32,000 nucleotides of DNA from Candidatus Thorarchaeota archaeon (GTDB lineage: Archaea > Asgardarchaeota > Heimdallarchaeia > Hodarchaeales > Hodarchaeaceae). The stretch's first letter is position 1; every line of letters starts with the position of its first letter. The notes under the pieces are model-generated. The model saw nothing but the letters and a program-made list of their open reading frames with translations, searched no databases and was not told where the DNA came from. The stretch is taken from contig JBHLRO010000002.1 in NCBI GenBank assembly GCA_048882505.1, positions 330,001-362,000 of the forward strand, in the 5' to 3' direction. The position numbers and the translations under genes are program-made. Shown here piece after piece: positions 27,595-32,000 of the stretch.

Positions 27595-27751
27595 CCAATT
27601 GATCTCTGAGTGATCAGAAATAGATCATATCTACCCTGGCTAAAAACCCGAGATCCAAGCTTATCACCCCTCCAGTAATAGGCCTAGTAAGAACATATCC
27701 TGTTTACTCAATGTTGCTCTAGCTCCCTTGGTTGTCAATCGACAAGCCTTC

Positions 27752-27937
27752 CTACTCTTGTATGAAAGTTGAGAGAAATCCAGAGAAGAAGATGCCTTTC
27801 ATATCAATTTCCTCAATTAGACTTTTTCTCACCCCATATGGACGATATAGATTTTTTCTTTGATCGGGAACAATTTTAAAGTATAAGACCCAGAGAAGTA
27901 CGAAAGTGAATCCAAATGGGAAGATTATTCCCATCAT
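27752..27937 (-). CDS. Possible small single-pass membrane protein
   Basis: 61 aa with hydrophobic N-terminus IIFPFGFTFVLLWVLYF followed by basic residues; divergent from the next gene across a 46-bp AT-rich gap. Confidence 0.45.
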   Translation of the reverse strand: MMGIIFPFGFTFVLLWVLYFKIVPDQRKNLYRPYGVRKSLIEEIDMKGIFFSGFLSTFIQE

Positions 27938-27983
27938 CCAGATGTATGAATCTTATAAATTAAAAACGTAGATTAACAAAAGG

Positions 27984-28589
27984 ATGCAGAGAGAGATGGT
28001 CAGGCTCTTCCAAAAATCAGGGAAGAAAAACACAGCGAACTTTAAGTTTAATACTTCCTTGCATTTAAAGAATTTACCGCTTGAAGAATATGCTCACGTC
28101 ATTTACGCCTTTTATAAGGGTTTAACAGAATTAAATAACTTTTTAAAAGAATCTCTACTCGAAGATTATATTTCATTTGGGACATTTGATCGGATCTCAA
28201 AAGAACTTAAAATAGTAAAGTTTCGTCAGTGCAAAATCCCGAATATTCCATCTATTAAGACATTATTCTATTCGAAAGCGGTAGAACTAAAACCTACTGA
28301 ACCCGACTTAAATGATGTGGCTGTCCCTATTCTAAGTGAAGTACCAAAGCAGGAAGTCACTTCAGGATTACCCTCAACGGAGTCGAAGCTTCCCGTCAAA
28401 TCACTTCCTCCAATACGTTCAGGAAGTCCAACGATACCTAAGATATCATTTTCTCAAACAGAAGCCAAATCAGTTCTGGGATCAAAAACATCCCCAAGGG
28501 AGAGCGATCGCGCTACCGGTATTGCGATTCTGCGGAGACAGATGTCTGACGAGCTAAAAAAAATACGTACCATTCTTCCTAAGAAATGA
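27984..28589 (+). CDS. Hypothetical protein: folded N-domain, P/S/K-rich linker, C-terminal amphipathic helix
   Basis: 201-aa ORF. TTATAAA (27953-27959) about 25 nt upstream is consistent with a leaderless transcript. Confidence 0.8.
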   Translation: MQREMVRLFQKSGKKNTANFKFNTSLHLKNLPLEEYAHVIYAFYKGLTELNNFLKESLLEDYISFGTFDRISKELKIVKFRQCKIPNIPSIKTLFYSKAVELKPTEPDLNDVAVPILSEVPKQEVTSGLPSTESKLPVKSLPPIRSGSPTIPKISFSQTEAKSVLGSKTSPRESDRATGIAILRRQMSDELKKIRTILPKK

Positions 28590-28671
28590 ATTCTTGGTTT
28601 TTTTACCCCGAAAAGCAGTTATTGTTAAGCTTTTTTGCTTTGTGTGAATCAATATCATGTAAGGGAACCCC

Positions 28672-29502
28672 TTGATAGAAACAGCAGATCTTTTCAGCAT
28701 TCTAAAAGCGATTGTGGTTACAGGCGGTTTAATTCTTAATGCCTTTCGGGGAAGGGTAGAAAATGTACCCAAAAAGTCAGACTTGCCCGCTGACAAAGTA
28801 AAGGAAAGTTCAACTGCTCATACACTGGTTGACGATCTGGTACAGGAGATTGCTCTCGAAATTCTGTATACCAGTCTACCTGAAGTCAGGATAAACGTAG
28901 AAGAAGTGACATCGAGAACTGAATTGTTTAGGGATAATAAATCTAGTTTATGTTTTCATCTTGATCCGCTTGATGGAACCCTAGCTTACCTAAAGAACCG
29001 CGATGATTTTGCAATCGGAGCAGCCTTCTCACACGATTTGCATTTTGTTGCTGCTGCCATCTATTTTCCGGTACTTGATCGACTTTATTATGCTGAAAAA
29101 GGGCAGGGAGTTCGATTGTTGACAGGTTTAGGGTCTGAACTAGTTTTTTCTAGACCTAATAAAGCTGAGCGCAGATATGTACAGAAGAGATGTGATGATC
29201 TTCTTCCAGTCGTTCAAGAAATGGGCCTGCAACCATTTGATACGCTAAGTGCTCACCATGGAATGATCGCTATTGCTGAAGGTAATGCCCGTGTTGAAAT
29301 GTACCACATGGCGAGCCCTCACGATTTTGGCATCCCCAAGGTAATCGTGGAGGAAGCAGGGGGAATCTGTACAGATCTAGATGGGAATCCAATCGTTTTT
29401 ACTCCAGATTTCAAACGCTTACCTTATTTTCTTGCCTTCTATGACAGAAAAACCTGTAATGAGTTCTTCAGGATTTTCAAAAAAGCAGATAAACAATTCT
29501 AA
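28672..29502 (+). CDS. Inositol monophosphatase/FIG superfamily phosphatase
   Basis: DDLVQ, VEE, LDPLDGT and HDFGIPKVIVEEAGG (W of the usual WD..A motif replaced by H). Confidence 0.88.
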   Translation: MIETADLFSILKAIVVTGGLILNAFRGRVENVPKKSDLPADKVKESSTAHTLVDDLVQEIALEILYTSLPEVRINVEEVTSRTELFRDNKSSLCFHLDPLDGTLAYLKNRDDFAIGAAFSHDLHFVAAAIYFPVLDRLYYAEKGQGVRLLTGLGSELVFSRPNKAERRYVQKRCDDLLPVVQEMGLQPFDTLSAHHGMIAIAEGNARVEMYHMASPHDFGIPKVIVEEAGGICTDLDGNPIVFTPDFKRLPYFLAFYDRKTCNEFFRIFKKADKQF

Positions 29503-29523
29503 AAACCAACTAGTAGATATAAC

Positions 29524-29844
29524 CTAATCTCTTTTAATATCGAGATTAAAAGTGAATCCCAAAGGATGTTTTAACCAATAGTCACCATCCCCCCAACGAA
29601 CAACTTTACAGCCGCTATCAAGGCACTCTTCTTTGGTTTTCTCGATATCATCGACCAAGACTTCCATTATGATGCTGAATTCTGATCCACTGGTTAGATA
29701 AAGATTATATCCTTTTGTTTTTACCTTATAGGTATCCTGTTTTTGTTTGGTTACTTCTTGTCTAAGAATATTCCTAAAGAAATCGATTAGTGATTCTAAA
29801 TCGGATACCTGCAAAGCGATATCCTTAGTAATCATATAGCTCAT
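29524..29844 (-). CDS. VOC/glyoxalase family protein
   Basis: IALQVSDLESLIDFFRNIL, VLVDDIE and LKHPLGFTFNL give a paired beta-alpha-beta-beta-beta pattern. Confidence 0.85.
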   Translation of the reverse strand: MSYMITKDIALQVSDLESLIDFFRNILRQEVTKQKQDTYKVKTKGYNLYLTSGSEFSIIMEVLVDDIEKTKEECLDSGCKVVRWGDGDYWLKHPLGFTFNLDIKRD

Positions 29845-30201
29845 ATCTCAAGCCTCAAAAAAAAAAGAAACTCCATTGATTAAAAGAAATCCATTTCAAG
29901 CAAAAAACGGGTGGCTTAGACAGGAAGCGAAATCGGAGAAAAAGGAGGGCAGGATTAGTTAACTAAGATTCCTATGGAACCCAGAACTCGGTCGGAATTA
30001 CGATAATAACAAAAAAATATTCACTTTATTTGTTCATTCTTACCAGATAGGAATCATTTATTACTCTAAAGCCATTTTAGAATGTATTTTCGATAGTTAT
30101 GGAAAGTTAGCAGTTCATAAATTCGAAAAATTCATCATTAATATCCTTATACGAAAAATGCAGTTCATTATATGATTTGGAAAAATTGGAGGAAATAAAT
30201 A

Positions 30202-31746
30202 TTGATGGAAAATCCGAATAAGAAACAAGAATATCCCTTTTTGGATGAACTTGGAATAGAAGAAGTCAATTCTGGAGCTAGTTTTGGACCAGGAAATTGG
30301 ACACCTACTGAGGGCAGAGATCTGTTAGAAGTTATATCTCCAATAGACGGAGGTATCATTGCAAAAGTAGCGCAAGCTAATGATGCTGATTATGAAATAA
30401 TTGTTAAAGCCGCCACAGAAAACTTCAGACAGTGGCAAATGCTGCCTGCTCCCAAAAGAGGAGACATTATCCGACAATTTGCGAATGCAATAAGAAAACT
30501 AAAAGAGCCCCTTGGCAAATTAATCACCTTAGAAATGGGAAAAATCGTGCAAGAAGGAATGGGTGAAGTTCAAGAAGTAATAGATATCGCTGATTTTGCG
30601 GTTGGTCTTTCTAGACAGCTTTATGGTGTTACAATGAAATCTGAAAGGCCAATGCACAGAATGTTTGAGCAATGGCATCCATTAGGAGCTATCGGAATTA
30701 TTACGGCATTTAATTTTCCTATGGCGGTATGGTCTTGGAATGCTATGATAGCTGCTGTTGCAGGCGATACCATGATCTGGAAACCTTCCTCAAAAACTCC
30801 ATTATGCGCAATTGCCATTCAAAAGATTGCCAACAAAGTTATGGAAAAAAATGGAGTAAAAGGGATTTTCAATCTTTGTATAGGAAAAGGGTCTGAAATC
30901 GGTGAAAAACTCATTGGCGATCATAGGATCCCATTGATTTCATTTACGGGGAGTACAAGAATGGGAAGACGTGTTGCTGAGGTCACTGCCAAAAGGTTAG
31001 CTCGTTCTATCTTGGAACTTGGAGGTAACAATGCCATAATCGTTATGGATGATGCAGACTTAGAATTAACCGAAAGAGCTATTATCTTTGGAGCCATAGG
31101 AACAGCGGGACAGAGATGTACGACGACTAGACGCATCATTGCTCATGAAAAGATAGTTGATGAACTTACGGACCGATTAGTCAAAGGTTACCAACAAATC
31201 AAAATCGGAAACCCATTAGAAGACGGGATTTTAATGGGACCTCTGGTAGATGGGTCTGCAGTGGAAGAAATGCAGGTGGCATTAGAAGAACTTCCGAATC
31301 AAGGAGGAACAATCGTGTATGGTGGGAAAAAGCTTGATGGTAAGGGTTATTACGTGACTCCTGCCATTATTAGAGTGAATGATAATGTTCAGCGAGTCTG
31401 CCATGAAACTTTTGCCCCAATCCTATATATAATGCCGTTTAGGAACATTGATCACGCTATTCGACTTCACAATGGGGTACCTCAAGGGCTTTCCTCAGCT
31501 ATCTTCACAAACTCTCTAAAGGCTACAGAACGGTTCTTATCTGCTATGGGAAGTGATTGTGGCATAGCAAATGTAAATATAGGTACATCGGGTGCCGAGA
31601 TCGGAGGGGCCTTTGGTGGAAACTGGGATACAGGTTGGGGCAGAGAAGCTGGATCTGATGCTTGGAAGGGTTATATGCGTCGACAGACCAATACTGTTAA
31701 CTGGAGCGATGAATTACCGTTAGCTCAAGGTATCAGATTTGGATAG
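30202..31746 (+). CDS. Aldehyde dehydrogenase family 7 (antiquitin / piperideine-6-carboxylate dehydrogenase-like)
   Basis: ITAFNFPMAVWSWN, WKPS, SFTGST, LELGGNN, catalytic Cys in AGQRCTT, ETFAP and IGTSGAEIGGAFGG. GGAGG SD at 30188-30192; start TTG 30202 or ATG 30205. Confidence 0.95.
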   Translation: MMENPNKKQEYPFLDELGIEEVNSGASFGPGNWTPTEGRDLLEVISPIDGGIIAKVAQANDADYEIIVKAATENFRQWQMLPAPKRGDIIRQFANAIRKLKEPLGKLITLEMGKIVQEGMGEVQEVIDIADFAVGLSRQLYGVTMKSERPMHRMFEQWHPLGAIGIITAFNFPMAVWSWNAMIAAVAGDTMIWKPSSKTPLCAIAIQKIANKVMEKNGVKGIFNLCIGKGSEIGEKLIGDHRIPLISFTGSTRMGRRVAEVTAKRLARSILELGGNNAIIVMDDADLELTERAIIFGAIGTAGQRCTTTRRIIAHEKIVDELTDRLVKGYQQIKIGNPLEDGILMGPLVDGSAVEEMQVALEELPNQGGTIVYGGKKLDGKGYYVTPAIIRVNDNVQRVCHETFAPILYIMPFRNIDHAIRLHNGVPQGLSSAIFTNSLKATERFLSAMGSDCGIANVNIGTSGAEIGGAFGGNWDTGWGREAGSDAWKGYMRRQTNTVNWSDELPLAQGIRFG

Positions 31747-31753
31747 ACAAATC

Positions 31754-32000
31754 CTATTTCAAAGTTTGATCATATAAAGCAGCTATAGGGTCACCTAGCA
31801 TTCTCCTTCTATCTAGTACATCTTTCTTTTTCAAGTTCATATCAAACTTCCATGGGAATTCCCTTTGCGCTAGAGAGAGATGCTTTCCTACGGCACCATC
31901 TAAGTACCTAAAGAATTTGTCAATATTAGACTTTGAGGTAATAACTATAAACCAATGTAGATTCTGGGGGTATCGCTTATCGATTTTGTGATGGATTTGG
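31754..32000 (-). CDS. 3' end of an unknown gene entering from the right edge (not in the ORF track)
   Basis: Frame open from 31999 to TAG at 31754: QIHHKIDKRYPQNLHWFIVITSKSNIDKFFRYLDGAVGKHLSLAQREFPWKFDMNLKKKDVLDRRRMLGDPIAALYDQTLK. It converges on the ALDH stop with a 7-bp gap. Confidence 0.7.
   Translation of the reverse strand, partial: QIHHKIDKRYPQNLHWFIVITSKSNIDKFFRYLDGAVGKHLSLAQREFPWKFDMNLKKKDVLDRRRMLGDPIAALYDQTLK

Noticed and set aside
135-31139. Many 60-130 aa ORFs in the track that overlap long genes (e.g. 135-377, 884-1132, 8075-8380, 13781-14098, 20844-21658, 30621-31139)
   Set aside because: They are antisense or off-frame shadows of well-supported genes with no recognisable motifs.
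1-32000. Genome-wide TGA reassignment (suggested by the TGA-only interrupted frames)
   Set aside because: Clear genes end in TGA (568-570, 2196-2198, 9619-9621, 28587-28589), and Trp is encoded by TGG in conserved motifs.

Overview
Chromosomal, gene-dense archaeal segment, most likely from an Asgard archaeon (inference from a tailed archaeal histone, a Rag-like small GTPase with a roadblock-type C-terminal domain, a RadA with the eukaryote-type Walker A GEFRTGKT, Cdc6/Orc1, and GGTGA-type Shine-Dalgarno motifs). Left to right: partial FtsX-like ABC permease, unknown membrane protein, bacterial-type ValRS, histone plus a cluster of charged micro-ORFs, an ion/osmotic block (CorA, two coupled MscS-like genes, NhaA), MFS transporter, third MscS-like gene, M24-fold protein with altered metal ligands, 48-aa micro-ORF, Thr/Ser dehydratase, HAD phosphatase, glycerol kinase, tungsten-type aldehyde:ferredoxin oxidoreductase, HhH-GTPase-roadblock fusion, radA divergent from cdc6 (ORB-like dyads between them), hypothetical proteins, IMPase-family enzyme, VOC protein, ALDH7-type dehydrogenase and the 3' end of an unknown gene. 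I saw no IS element, integrase, CRISPR array, tRNA or rRNA. The most interesting candidates are (1) the HhH + Rag-like GTPase + roadblock fusion directly downstream of radA and (2) the histone with an H3-like tail next to a D/E-Tyr microprotein resembling histone-chaperone motifs. All family calls come from motif reading only; no database search was possible.
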